From positions 18,321-82,320 of the forward strand of contig CAZQVF010000002.1 of assembly GCA_964596735.1 (NCBI GenBank): a DNA stretch of 64,000 nucleotides. The letters are read 5' to 3'. Of this stretch, positions 48,030-57,491 are shown piece after piece. The notes beneath the pieces were generated by a model. It saw only the letters and a list, made by a program, of their open reading frames with translations. It was not told the origin of the DNA and ran no database searches. Made by a program: the position numbers and the translations under genes. Source of the stretch: an uncultured Gammaproteobacteria bacterium (GTDB lineage Bacteria; Patescibacteriota; Patescibacteriia; UBA2591; UBA6264). Numbering within the stretch: position 1 is the first letter of the stretch; every line of letters starts with the position of its first letter.

Positions 48030-48971
48030 ATGGCTAAAAAACAAAAGAAAATCGTTTTTTTTGGCACGCCTGAGTTTGCTAAAACTATATTAGAAGAATT
48101 AATAAAAACAGAATTTAAGCCTGTTATGGTGATTACTGCCCCTGATAAGCCTGTGGGAAGAAAACAGATTCTCTCCCCTTCTTTGGTTAAAAAATTGGCT
48201 CAAAAACATCAGATCCCTTTGTTTCAGCCAAAAACCTTAAAAGATTCTGATATAGAAGAAAAACTATTGGCTTTAGGATCTGACTTATTTATTATTGCTG
48301 CCTATGGCCTGATTTTACCGCAAAATATTTTAAACATTCCTAAATTTGGCTCTATTAATATTCATCCTTCTCTTTTACCTAAATATCGGGGGGCCTCCCC
48401 TATTCAGGCAACTATTTTAGCTAATGATCAAGAATCAGGAACAACTATTATGTTAATGGATGAAAAAATAGATCATGGACCAATTATTGCTTTGAAAAAA
48501 ATCAAAATTGAAAATGAAAACAGTGTTGATTTGTCTAAAAAATTAGCTGAATTAGGAGCTGATATGTTAATCACAATTTTACCTAAATGGTTTGGAAAAG
48601 AAATCAAGCCAATCCCTCAAGATCATCAAAAAGCTACTTTTACCCGTCTGATTAAAAAATTGCATGGAAAAATTATTTGGGGAAAATCAGCTCAACAAAT
48701 AGAACAAATGTTTAGAGCTTATCAACCCTGGCCAGGTATTTATACCATCTTTGATAATTTAACTTTAAAAATTTTGGAGATTGAAGTTTTAAAAATTAAT
48801 CATCAACCTACTCCAGGAAAAGTATTTGTCACCAAGGATAAGGAATTAGCCGTTGCTTGTGAAAAAAATGCTTTAATTTTAAAACAAGTTCAGTTACAAG
48901 GGAAAAAACCAACTTTTGGAAAATCATTTTTAAATGGACATCAACAAATAATTAATACTGTTTTGTCTTAA
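48030..48971 (+). CDS. fmt: Methionyl-tRNA formyltransferase
   Basis: FFGTPEFA, PDKPVGR, INIHPSLLPKYRGASP, PWPG; ATG 48030 is the likely start. Confidence 0.96.
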   Translation: MAKKQKKIVFFGTPEFAKTILEELIKTEFKPVMVITAPDKPVGRKQILSPSLVKKLAQKHQIPLFQPKTLKDSDIEEKLLALGSDLFIIAAYGLILPQNILNIPKFGSINIHPSLLPKYRGASPIQATILANDQESGTTIMLMDEKIDHGPIIALKKIKIENENSVDLSKKLAELGADMLITILPKWFGKEIKPIPQDHQKATFTRLIKKLHGKIIWGKSAQQIEQMFRAYQPWPGIYTIFDNLTLKILEIEVLKINHQPTPGKVFVTKDKELAVACEKNALILKQVQLQGKKPTFGKSFLNGHQQIINTVLS

Positions 48972-48989
48972 AGCTTACGTTTAATAATT

Positions 48990-49017
48990 AGAATAAGCCC
49001 CGAAAGGGGCTTATTCT
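48990..49017. terminator. Terminator-like hairpin between convergent genes
   Basis: Perfect AGAATAAGCCCC-GAAA-GGGGCTTATTCT. Confidence 0.75.
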
Positions 49018-49064
49018 TCTATTTCAAAATCTTTACTAAAATCGCGTTCTTTTGTCTTTTTATT

Positions 49065-49331
49065 TTATGCTGCTGGAGGAGTTCCCTCTGTGTCTTTACC
49101 AACTTCAACTGGTTCTGATGATGGCGCCTCAGGGGCTGGAGCACTTGCTTGAGCTGGGGCCTGAGTTACGGCTGGTAAATTCTTTTTCTTGCAACAAAAA
49201 GACAGAATAAGAAGGATTAAACCAATAACAGCAATTACTAAGCAAAACCAAGGATTAAGGGTTTTAAGTAAATACAAAACAATACCAACAATCAATAAAA
49301 TAATGCCGATAACTAGTTTAGCTGTTTTCAT
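49065..49331 (-). CDS. Small two-TM protein with Pro/Ala-rich tail
   Basis: 88 aa, two hydrophobic helices, CCKKK, low-complexity C-terminus. Confidence 0.7.
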   Translation of the reverse strand: MKTAKLVIGIILLIVGIVLYLLKTLNPWFCLVIAVIGLILLILSFCCKKKNLPAVTQAPAQASAPAPEAPSSEPVEVGKDTEGTPPAA

Positions 49332-49433
49332 ATTTTTGATGATTAATATTGATTAATTATCTATATTATTGACCTGTAAATATTATACTACTTAAGAGCT
49401 AAAAGACAAGCAAGAATGTGAATAAATTTTTAC

Positions 49434-50201
49434 TTATTGACCATGGAAAATTATCTTCTTTTGATGGCAGTCTGGAAATCTGGTTTCAATTTTTTCTAAA
49501 ATAGACCTGCCTAAGATGGATAGATCCCTGGTCCATTTTATATAACCAGGGCAATTTTGGGAAAGCTCCTCTAAAGAGACTTGGCAAGCCTGTAGAGCAT
49601 GGAGACATAAGTTGGCTGAGACATTCATTTCCTGTTTTTGAATCTGTTTAAAGGTCTTGTTTTTTTCTTTTTTTAAAGCTTTTTGAATAGCTAAGGCTTG
49701 ATAAAGTTTGTTTTCAAAAAAAGTATGATACCAGTTTAATTCTTCAATCCTTTTTTTATATTTAGCAAAAATCTCTTTTAATTCTTCGTCTTCTTCAGAA
49801 AAAATGTTTTGCAAAAGATCTCTATTTTGAAGCATAAAATTATGACTTAAGCGCCAAAGATCAAAACTTTCTGGGCTTGGACCCTGGCCTAACCCGGCTT
49901 TAACTAATCTTATTTTAACCCTTCGGGAGTCTAATCCTTGCTTTTCAATATCTTTTTTAATTGTCCCTACTAAATAATGAAATGTTTTTTTCATGTCTGC
50001 TAAAATAATTGCTGGATCATTAGGATTTTCTCCACGGACCATATGTTCTAAATGATGAGAAAAAGCATGTTGAAAAACCTGGCACTGATCAACCAAATTA
50101 CAGCGTTCACACCAGCGATCACAAAAATTAAAAGGGGTTTGGGAATAAAAATTATTCGGGAGTTGATCCTGTCTTTTTTGTTTTTTGCTTGTTTTAGCCA
50201 T
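49434..50201 (-). CDS. Hypothetical helical protein with N-terminal CDRWCERC....C metal-binding motif
   Basis: 255-aa ORF; FNFCDRWCERCNLVDQC; promoter 6 nt above ATG. Confidence 0.75.
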   Translation of the reverse strand: MAKTSKKQKRQDQLPNNFYSQTPFNFCDRWCERCNLVDQCQVFQHAFSHHLEHMVRGENPNDPAIILADMKKTFHYLVGTIKKDIEKQGLDSRRVKIRLVKAGLGQGPSPESFDLWRLSHNFMLQNRDLLQNIFSEEDEELKEIFAKYKKRIEELNWYHTFFENKLYQALAIQKALKKEKNKTFKQIQKQEMNVSANLCLHALQACQVSLEELSQNCPGYIKWTRDLSILGRSILEKIETRFPDCHQKKIIFHGQ

Positions 50202-50238
50202 GTCTATATTTTACCTTAAATCTTTAAACTAAACAAGT

Positions 50239-50565
50239 CTATTCTAATTCTTCTAACTCTTTGATGATTTCCTGGGGAATCGGGATTTTTTGTTTAGGAC
50301 TAATCCCTGGATAACGCCAAGCAGTGATAATTCTCTTTTTTTTATCAATTGGCTGATACATTAACCAGATCTCTGTCGGTCTTTTTTTTGTCCCCACTGT
50401 CTGCATTAAAGCAATTGTCCCCTCAGCAATCCCCTGCTGTTGTCTTTCTGGATTATTTAATAAACGCTTTAACCGGGCCTGAGAAAGTCCATATTGTCTC
50501 ATTTTAGAGACAACGTGCCGCGTCCAAGTGAGCTGCTCATCATCCTGGGGAACCTTAAAATACAT
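50239..50565 (-). CDS. Hypothetical protein, DUF4258/RelE-like fold suspected
   Basis: WTRHV..KM..YGLS, EIWLMY, RIITAWRYPG; abuts rnj stop. Confidence 0.6.
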   Translation of the reverse strand: MYFKVPQDDEQLTWTRHVVSKMRQYGLSQARLKRLLNNPERQQQGIAEGTIALMQTVGTKKRPTEIWLMYQPIDKKKRIITAWRYPGISPKQKIPIPQEIIKELEELE

Positions 50566-52182
50566 TTAATTAATAATTAAAACGACTAATGGTTTCTTAC
50601 CTGTTCTATTTAAGATAAAATCACTTAAACTAGTTTGAATCTTGATTCTAGCATTCTTTTTTTTGCCATATCTTTCAACTAGTTTTCTGGCTTTCTTTTT
50701 GGTCTCTTCCATAACATGATTATCTACGGTTAATCCTTGAAAGACAAGTTGAACTCTTTTTTGAACTACAGAGACAAAACAAACGCCTGACTCAGCAATT
50801 TTATTCCTTGACCTTACCGCATCTTTATCCAGAACCTTGACCTGATTACCTTCAACAGCAATAAAAAGGCTGGGGAGTTTTTTCTTTAAAACTTTGGCTT
50901 GATATTGGTCTAATTCTAGGGTCTGGCCGTTATAGAGCATAAAACAGTTTTCTTCTTTGATCCCCAAGCTTTTTGCTAACTCAATATGAGACGCATGCAT
51001 ATAGTGTTGACCTTCTGTGGGGATAAAAAACTTTGGCCGGACCAATCTAATCATTTCTTTTAATTCATCTTGAAAAGCATGGCCAGAACTATGAACGCCT
51101 GAACCAAGCACTGATCTATAAATTATTTTAGCTCCTTGATTAACCAAGCCGTCCATCATTCTGGTAATGGCTAATTCATTACCAGGAACAGCTGAAGAAG
51201 AAAAAACAACTGTATCTCCCTTTTTAATTTTAATTGACCAATGTTTATTCTCGGATATTCTGGCCATTGATGAGCCCTCTACTCCTTGAGCTCCGGCTGA
51301 CAAGATAAGGATTTTTTTGTCTGGATATTTATTAACCTCCCTATGGTCAACAAACATTCCAGGAGAAACATTTAAATAACCTAAGTTTTGAGCAATCCTA
51401 ACTGTCTTTTGCATAGACATGCCTACCAAGGCAATCTTTTTTCCCTGTTTTTGACAGGCTCGAACAATTTGTTGAACTCGGCTGATTAAAGAAGAAAAGG
51501 TGGTGAAAATGATTCTCCCAGGAGCGTCTTTAATAATTTGTTCAATAATCTTGCCAACCTGTTTTTCTGGCACAGAATGACCAGGTAGAGTAGCATTGGT
51601 ACTGTCTGATAAAAGGGCTAAGATTCCCTTTTTTGACCATTCTCTTAATTTTTCCTTTTCCAAAGGTTTTTGATCATCTGGATTATCATCAATTTTAAAA
51701 TCACCTGTGTGGACAACTATACCGACTGGGGTCTCAATAATTAGACCCATACTGTCAGGAATATTATGAACAACCCGAAAAGGAGTAATTTTAAAAACAC
51801 CTAATGAAAAACCTTGATTTGGTTTCATTAAATTTGGTTTTATTCCACGACCTAAACCTACTTCTGCTAAGCGATCTTTAATCAAACCCCAGGTTAAAGG
51901 AGTAGTAAATATAGGTGGATTGTTTATCTTGTGCAAATAATAGGAAATGGCACCAATGTGGTCTAAATGGCCGTGAGTAATGACTAATCCTTTAATTCTT
52001 TCTTTGTTTTCTTCTAAATAAGTAATATCAGGGAGAATATAGTCTATGCCTGGCAAATCAGGGCCGGGAAAGTCTATGCCTAGGTCAATGACGACAATAT
52101 CGTCGCCATATTCTAAAACAGTGCAATTTTTACCAACCTCTTCAATTCCCCCCAAAGGGATAATACGTAATTTTTTTATCAT
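50566..52182 (-). CDS. rnj: Ribonuclease J
   Basis: PLGGIEEVGKN, THGHLDHIG, HTGDFK, LSDSTN, HSSGHA. Confidence 0.95.
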   Translation of the reverse strand: MIKKLRIIPLGGIEEVGKNCTVLEYGDDIVVIDLGIDFPGPDLPGIDYILPDITYLEENKERIKGLVITHGHLDHIGAISYYLHKINNPPIFTTPLTWGLIKDRLAEVGLGRGIKPNLMKPNQGFSLGVFKITPFRVVHNIPDSMGLIIETPVGIVVHTGDFKIDDNPDDQKPLEKEKLREWSKKGILALLSDSTNATLPGHSVPEKQVGKIIEQIIKDAPGRIIFTTFSSLISRVQQIVRACQKQGKKIALVGMSMQKTVRIAQNLGYLNVSPGMFVDHREVNKYPDKKILILSAGAQGVEGSSMARISENKHWSIKIKKGDTVVFSSSAVPGNELAITRMMDGLVNQGAKIIYRSVLGSGVHSSGHAFQDELKEMIRLVRPKFFIPTEGQHYMHASHIELAKSLGIKEENCFMLYNGQTLELDQYQAKVLKKKLPSLFIAVEGNQVKVLDKDAVRSRNKIAESGVCFVSVVQKRVQLVFQGLTVDNHVMEETKKKARKLVERYGKKKNARIKIQTSLSDFILNRTGKKPLVVLIIN

Positions 52183-52196
52183 ATGTTATTTTATTA

Positions 52197-52472
52197 TTAT
52201 TTTGTTGGATATAGTGATGATTTTCTTTTAATGGTTTTATAGAGATTCTCAATAAAATCTCCACCAGCATATCCAACCACTAAAGAAAAAAGGGCATTTT
52301 GATTAAAAACAAATGCCGCGACCACACCTACTATTCCTGACAAAAACATCATCACAAAGAAATATGGGAGTTTAAAACCGACGTCTTTGTAAGAAAACTG
52401 GTGTTTGATAAAGCCGACTAAACCCCTTATTACTCCACCACAAAATCCAGCAATTAAAATTGTCCAATTCAT
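52197..52472 (-). CDS. Small three-TM membrane protein
   Basis: 91 aa, GG..RGLVG and GYAGGDFIE motifs. Confidence 0.7.
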   Translation of the reverse strand: MNWTILIAGFCGGVIRGLVGFIKHQFSYKDVGFKLPYFFVMMFLSGIVGVVAAFVFNQNALFSLVVGYAGGDFIENLYKTIKRKSSLYPTK

Positions 52473-52484
52473 GATTATAATATT

Positions 52485-53252
52485 TTATCTTATTTCGTAG
52501 CTTAAATTAGCAGTCATGGAGATTTTTGTTTCTCCGGCTTCAATTTCTGTTGATTCCATATCTATTGACTGTTCCATCATTCCTCCCATACCATAAGCCC
52601 GGGGAGAAGGATAATATCCTCCTGAACTAGAAACAGAAACATTAATTAATTTTCCCAAACTTAAACCAGAGACCTTGGCAATGGCCTTGGCTTTTTCTTT
52701 AGCCTTGGCAATGGCTTTGTCTCTTGCTTCTGCTTCAGCCGCCTCTTCATCTTCTAAAACAAAGCTGAGGCTGTTGATTTGATTTGCTCCGCTAGCTGTG
52801 GCTTGATCAATAATTTCGTTTAATTTGTCAAAGTCCTTTGTCTTAATTGAGATGCTGACACTGGCTTGATAGCCAACCAAGTTTCGTTTCCCACTCTTTC
52901 TTTCCCACTCATAGCGCGGGGTAATACTATAACGAGTAGTTTTAATCTTTTCTTCTTTTACCCCTAGTTCTTTTAAGTTTTTAATGATTTCACTATTAAC
53001 CTCATTGACTTCTTTTTGAGCCTGACTAACTGTTTTGGCTTCTTTTTCCACACCCAAACTAATCTGAGCCGTGTCTGGTTTAACATATACCTCTGCTTGA
53101 GCACTCACCTGAAAAGGAGCGTCTTTAGGAATAGTGACTGAGTGGGTAGACCAGGTTAAGGTGCTGGTAAACTTAGCCGCAATAATCACTCCTAAACAAA
53201 TAATAGCGACGACGATAGTGATTTTAGTGATGAATTCTTTTAATTCTTTCAT
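52485..53252 (-). CDS. SIMPL/DUF541 domain protein
   Basis: N-terminal TM, VKPDTAQISLGV, GANQINSLSF, AIAKAKEKA..IA, IEAGE. Confidence 0.9.
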   Translation of the reverse strand: MKELKEFITKITIVVAIICLGVIIAAKFTSTLTWSTHSVTIPKDAPFQVSAQAEVYVKPDTAQISLGVEKEAKTVSQAQKEVNEVNSEIIKNLKELGVKEEKIKTTRYSITPRYEWERKSGKRNLVGYQASVSISIKTKDFDKLNEIIDQATASGANQINSLSFVLEDEEAAEAEARDKAIAKAKEKAKAIAKVSGLSLGKLINVSVSSSGGYYPSPRAYGMGGMMEQSIDMESTEIEAGETKISMTANLSYEIR

Positions 53253-53319
53253 GATTTGAAATTTAATAAATTAATTCTTAATTAAATACATATTAATTTT
53301 AACATAATTTGAGATTTTA

Positions 53320-53736
53320 TCAATAATCTTGTTTTGCTTTGGTGATGTTTGGTTCTTTGCCGTAAAAAGGCATTACTGATTTTTGATTTTTTATTTTTAA
53401 TAGTTTTCTTATCCCTGTTTTTACTAATTCTTGGCTGTCTTTTTCTTGAGATAAATTAACCCCAATGGCTGGAATATTTAAAACCCAGGCCAAGGTATTG
53501 GCGACTGAAAGACCAACCCTGATTCCAGCAAAAGAGCCTGGCCCATTAACAACTATAATCCCTTTTAATGAATTAAGGTTTTTCTTGTTTTTCTTTAAAA
53601 GCCTGTCTATGCCTGATAAAATTCTATCGTTTTTATTCTGAAAATTGGGTAAATTCAGAAAATCAAAAGGCTTTTTAGTCTGACCCAGGCCTAAAACAAC
53701 CTTATTTAAGTCGATATTATTAATAAATAAATACAT
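53320..53736 (-). CDS. tsaB: tRNA t6A biosynthesis protein TsaB (single-domain form)
   Basis: GPGSFAGIRVGLSVANTLA, PFY..EPNIT. Confidence 0.88.
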   Translation of the reverse strand: MYLFINNIDLNKVVLGLGQTKKPFDFLNLPNFQNKNDRILSGIDRLLKKNKKNLNSLKGIIVVNGPGSFAGIRVGLSVANTLAWVLNIPAIGVNLSQEKDSQELVKTGIRKLLKIKNQKSVMPFYGKEPNITKAKQDY

Positions 53737-53737
53737 A

Positions 53738-53785
53738 TTGTCATTTATTTCATTTATATTATAATATAAATGAGTAATTTATCAA
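53738..53785. promoter_or_regulatory. Symmetric bidirectional promoter built on a 24-bp palindrome
   Basis: + TTGTCA-16-TATAAT; - TTGATA-16-TATAAT; palindrome TCATTTATATTATAATATAAATGA at 53750-53773. Confidence 0.7.
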
Positions 53786-53791
53786 TCAATT

Positions 53792-55843
53792 ATGCCTGAA
53801 CAAACAAAAATCAAACATTTTTGCCTTTCAAATCCTAAAGAGTCAAATGCTTATTCTCAGGCCTATGTTGCGGAACCAGAAAAAAAATTCTTAGAAAAAT
53901 TTGGTCGTTTAAGTATTTTGATTAATCTAAATTTTAAGGATAAACCTGATAAGCAAACACTTAACTGGGCTAAAACTTGGAGTCAGGAATTAATTGATTT
54001 AATTAAGAATGATTTTTATAACCCACTTCGACCAGTAACAGATATTGAAAAAGACTTTGAAGATTCTTTACAGCGAATCAATTCTTGGTTACAGCAAGAA
54101 AAATCTCAACACTCAGAAATATTTGAAGAATCTTTATCTGATTTTGATGTTGATATTATTCTTCTTAAAGATAATGATATTTATTTTAGTCAGACCGGAG
54201 AAATAAATACTTATTTTCTAAAAGATGATCAATTAATTGATTTAGTAGAAGAAAAAAATAAATCAACAAGATTTTTAAATATCATTAGTGGAAAATTAGA
54301 GAATAATTCTCTTTTATTTTTTACCACAAAAAATCTTTTTGATTATTTTTCCTCAGGCAAAGTCTTTCAAATTTTAGATCAGACCCCGACAGAAAAAATT
54401 GAGAATGAGATAAAAAAAGGGCTCTCTGATAAAGTTAATCGAGTTAATCTGTTGGGATTGATTATTTCTAATAAAGACGAATTTGTTGCTCCTATTAAAG
54501 GAAAAACCAAACCGTCAGTTAAAGAAAAAAAGCAAGAAGCTAGAGTTGAGCCGTCTAAACCAGTTAAACAAGAACCTGTTAAAGAAAAGCTCAAGCCTGT
54601 ACGACCAATTACTCCTCGGCCTAAAAAAGAAAGAATCCCTAAAAAATTAAGAAAAATTAAACCAACCCTTCCTAATGTGCCTATTATTAAAACCAGTCGT
54701 TTAACATATTTTAGAAAATCATTAGTTATTATTTTAATTATCCTTGGCTTGCTTTTCATTCAAAGCATTGTTATTCTTGGTCGTCAGCAGATTAAAGCTA
54801 GTCAGAACAGAAAATATGCCCAGACAATAGAAGAGTTAAAGGTAAAACAAGAAGAATTATCAGCCGCCCTTATTTACCAAGATCCTTTAAAGATTAAAGC
54901 TCTTTCAAATGATTTTAATGCTCTTTTAAATCAATTGCTTCAGAAAACTGAAGAACAAAAACAAACTTTTGCCTTTTTCAAAGATAATCACACCAAACAA
55001 ATGAATAACTTCTATCATTTAATTGTTTTGGAAAAAGCAGAGCCTTTGGTTGATTTAATGACAATTGATAAAGATATTAAAGCGGCTGGATTAACTAATA
55101 TTTACAATGATTTTTATATCTTTGATTCAAGCAATAATCATATCTATCTTTTTAATATTGAAACAAAAGAAACCGAATTGGTTAATCAAACTTCAACTAA
55201 TGTTGGTCGGTTGCAGAAACTTATTCCTTTAGATAATGATAGTTTAATCGGTTTTGATCAAAATCAAGGTATTGCCAGTTTTAATACTATTGATAAAAAG
55301 CTTGCTCCGTTAAAGCTGAATCGAGAGAATCCACCTCAGCAGATTCAAGATATTAATATTTATGGCAACCGTCTTTATACTCTTGAACCAAATGCTAATC
55401 AGGTTTATAAACAGGCAAAAACTCTTGATGGCTTTGGTAAAGAAGAGGCCTGGATTAAAGACGAAACCAATATTAGTGATGCGCTTAGTTTTACCATTGA
55501 TGGTTCAGTTTATGTGATGAAAAAAACTGCCCAAATATTTAAGTTTTATCAAGGCAAAACAGAAGAATTTACTTTAGATGAAATCCAGCCTGTTCTTTCA
55601 ATTAAGGATCCTAATATCTTAGAACCCCAGGGGAACATAAAAATATTTACCAATGATGAATTAAAATATCTTTATTTATTAGATGGGCCAAGCAAGAGGC
55701 TAATTATTCTTAGCAAACAAGGAAAATTAATAAAGCAATTTACTAGTGAAGAATTTACAGATTTAAAAGATTTCATTATTAGTCGAAAAGAAAATAAGGT
55801 TTGGCTGTTAGCGGGGACAAAAATATTTGAGATTGAAATATAA
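53792..55843 (+). CDS. Bitopic membrane protein: degenerate PP2C-like N-domain, Pro/Lys linker, TM, helical region, beta-propeller-like C-domain
   Basis: 683 aa; central TM SLVIILIILGLLFI; repeated IYxxD/LYxL beta-strand motifs; domain calls are pattern inference. Confidence 0.55.
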   Translation: MPEQTKIKHFCLSNPKESNAYSQAYVAEPEKKFLEKFGRLSILINLNFKDKPDKQTLNWAKTWSQELIDLIKNDFYNPLRPVTDIEKDFEDSLQRINSWLQQEKSQHSEIFEESLSDFDVDIILLKDNDIYFSQTGEINTYFLKDDQLIDLVEEKNKSTRFLNIISGKLENNSLLFFTTKNLFDYFSSGKVFQILDQTPTEKIENEIKKGLSDKVNRVNLLGLIISNKDEFVAPIKGKTKPSVKEKKQEARVEPSKPVKQEPVKEKLKPVRPITPRPKKERIPKKLRKIKPTLPNVPIIKTSRLTYFRKSLVIILIILGLLFIQSIVILGRQQIKASQNRKYAQTIEELKVKQEELSAALIYQDPLKIKALSNDFNALLNQLLQKTEEQKQTFAFFKDNHTKQMNNFYHLIVLEKAEPLVDLMTIDKDIKAAGLTNIYNDFYIFDSSNNHIYLFNIETKETELVNQTSTNVGRLQKLIPLDNDSLIGFDQNQGIASFNTIDKKLAPLKLNRENPPQQIQDINIYGNRLYTLEPNANQVYKQAKTLDGFGKEEAWIKDETNISDALSFTIDGSVYVMKKTAQIFKFYQGKTEEFTLDEIQPVLSIKDPNILEPQGNIKIFTNDELKYLYLLDGPSKRLIILSKQGKLIKQFTSEEFTDLKDFIISRKENKVWLLAGTKIFEIEI

Positions 55844-55856
55844 TAAATAGTTTTGT

Positions 55857-55895
55857 AATAAAAAATCCAGCCCATATAAGGTTGGATTTTTTATT
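55857..55895. terminator. Bidirectional terminator after rplL
   Basis: AATAAAAAATCCAGCC...GGTTGGATTTTTTATT. Confidence 0.8.
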
Positions 55896-55907
55896 ATTTT
55901 GTTTTTT

Positions 55908-56342
55908 CTATTTCAAGATTACTTTCGCTCCTGCTTCTTCTAATCTCTTTTTCATTTTTTCTGCTTCTTCTTTATCAACACCTTCTTTAACAACCTTAGG
56001 AGCAGTGTCAACCAAGTCTTTGGTTTCTTTTAGGCCGAGTTGAATAAATTCTCTTAATGCCTTGATTACCCCAATCTTGTTGTCCCCTGAGGCAGCTAAT
56101 TCAACATTAAAAACACTTTTCTCTTCCTCCGCCTCTGCTCCTGTCTCTGCACCTGCGCTAGGAGCGGCGGCTACTGCTACTGGAGCCTGGGCTGAAACAT
56201 CAAACTTTTCTTCTAATATTTTGACTAATTCAGACAAATCAAGCACGCTCATTTTTTCAATTTCTTCTACTAAGCTTTTAAATTTTTTAGGAACCTCGAC
56301 TTTTTTTTCTTTTTGTTTTTTTGTATCTTTTTCTTCTACCAT
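55908..56342 (-). CDS. rplL: 50S ribosomal protein L7/L12
   Basis: [16 protein letters not shown], Ala-rich hinge, KIGVIK, LGLKE.K, EAGAKV. Confidence 0.97.
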   Translation of the reverse strand: MVEEKDTKKQKEKKVEVPKKFKSLVEEIEKMSVLDLSELVKILEEKFDVSAQAPVAVAAAPSAGAETGAEAEEEKSVFNVELAASGDNKIGVIKALREFIQLGLKETKDLVDTAPKVVKEGVDKEEAEKMKKRLEEAGAKVILK

Positions 56343-56372
56343 AATAGTTAAAAATTAAATCTATTTATTTTT

Positions 56373-56888
56373 TTATTTTTTAATACTTGATAAAATGTAA
56401 ACAAAATTCTTTAAGTTGCCCTTTAAGGCATAAACAAGGTTATTAACCGGCCCCTTGATTGTGCCGACGAATTGGGCGAGTAGTTCTGCCTTACTTGGTA
56501 ATTTTGACAATCTTTTCACCATTTCCATATTAACAAATTCTTTTTCAAAAATACCGCCCTGGATCTTCAACTCCCCATGTTCTTTGGCAAAATTAGCCAC
56601 TAATTTAGCCGGGGCTACTTCTGATTCAAAGCCAAAAATTAGACCAACTCCCCCTTGAATTTCATCTATGTTAATATTATCCAAGCCCATTTCTTTTAAG
56701 CTTAACTTTAAAAGGGTTTTTTTAGTAACCAAATATTGGCACTCTTTTTTTTCTAACAGCCTTCTTAGTTGATTAATTTCATTAGCCTTAAGTCCGTAAT
56801 AATCAATAAAGACTAAGCTCTTCATTTTACTTAATTGATCTTTAAGGTCTTTAATAGTTTGTTGTTTTTGTTCTTTTGTCTTTGCCAT
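56373..56888 (-). CDS. rplJ: 50S ribosomal protein L10
   Basis: DYYGL, LRR, VTKKTLL, LPSKAELLAQ; precedes rplL. Confidence 0.96.
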   Translation of the reverse strand: MAKTKEQKQQTIKDLKDQLSKMKSLVFIDYYGLKANEINQLRRLLEKKECQYLVTKKTLLKLSLKEMGLDNINIDEIQGGVGLIFGFESEVAPAKLVANFAKEHGELKIQGGIFEKEFVNMEMVKRLSKLPSKAELLAQFVGTIKGPVNNLVYALKGNLKNFVYILSSIKK

Positions 56889-56899
56889 AAATTTTAATT

Positions 56900-56997
56900 A
56901 AAAATAGTCTGTGGCCACAGACTAAAAAATACTAAATAAACACTGATGTCTGGGCAGGAAATTAAGTGTTTTTAAACACACCCGCTGTCTGTGACAC
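56900..56997 (-). promoter_or_regulatory. L10 leader (rplJL autogenous control element) with terminator-like palindrome
   Basis: CAGACAGCGGG...TTAATTTCCTGCCCAGA resembles the L10-leader core; TAGTCTGT-ggcc-ACAGACTA-T5; promoter TTGACG-17-TATACT at 57007-57035. Confidence 0.75.
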
Positions 56998-57057
56998 TTA
57001 TAATTTAGTATATATTAATATACTTTATTCGTCAATTTATTTTATCCACAGATTTGC

Positions 57058-57468
57058 TTAGGCCTTAGTTTCTCTTTTAATCACGCTCCAGTGATAAAAA
57101 TACAAGGGCAAGCCAACCAAAATCATGGCTAAGCTAGAAGAAGCATCCCTGTGTCTATTAGAGGTGACTGGATCAACCTCTTTGCTTGTTTCTTGCCAAT
57201 TTTCATACTCTTGTATGATTTGCCTAATTTGAGCTGTTTCTTCATTGGTCAAGCTCACTTCTCCGGCCTCTAATCCCTTTATTCTTTCATAAGAATAAGG
57301 CATGATTGGTCGGGCGTATTCCATTTTCATTTGCTCGTCTGCTTGAGTAAAAACAAATGCTTTTAAGCCCATGTCTAAAAACCGAATTCCGCTAATACAT
57401 AAAAATATTAGACCAAGCAGGGCAAAAGCATAAAGATAAATTGTTCTGATTAATGAATCTTTTTTCAT
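57058..57468 (-). CDS. Two-TM membrane protein (DUF5671-like)
   Basis: IRTIYLY...LLGL and LVGLPLYFYHW motifs. Confidence 0.7.
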   Translation of the reverse strand: MKKDSLIRTIYLYAFALLGLIFLCISGIRFLDMGLKAFVFTQADEQMKMEYARPIMPYSYERIKGLEAGEVSLTNEETAQIRQIIQEYENWQETSKEVDPVTSNRHRDASSSLAMILVGLPLYFYHWSVIKRETKA

Positions 57469-57491
57469 AAATTTTTATAATTTATAAATTA

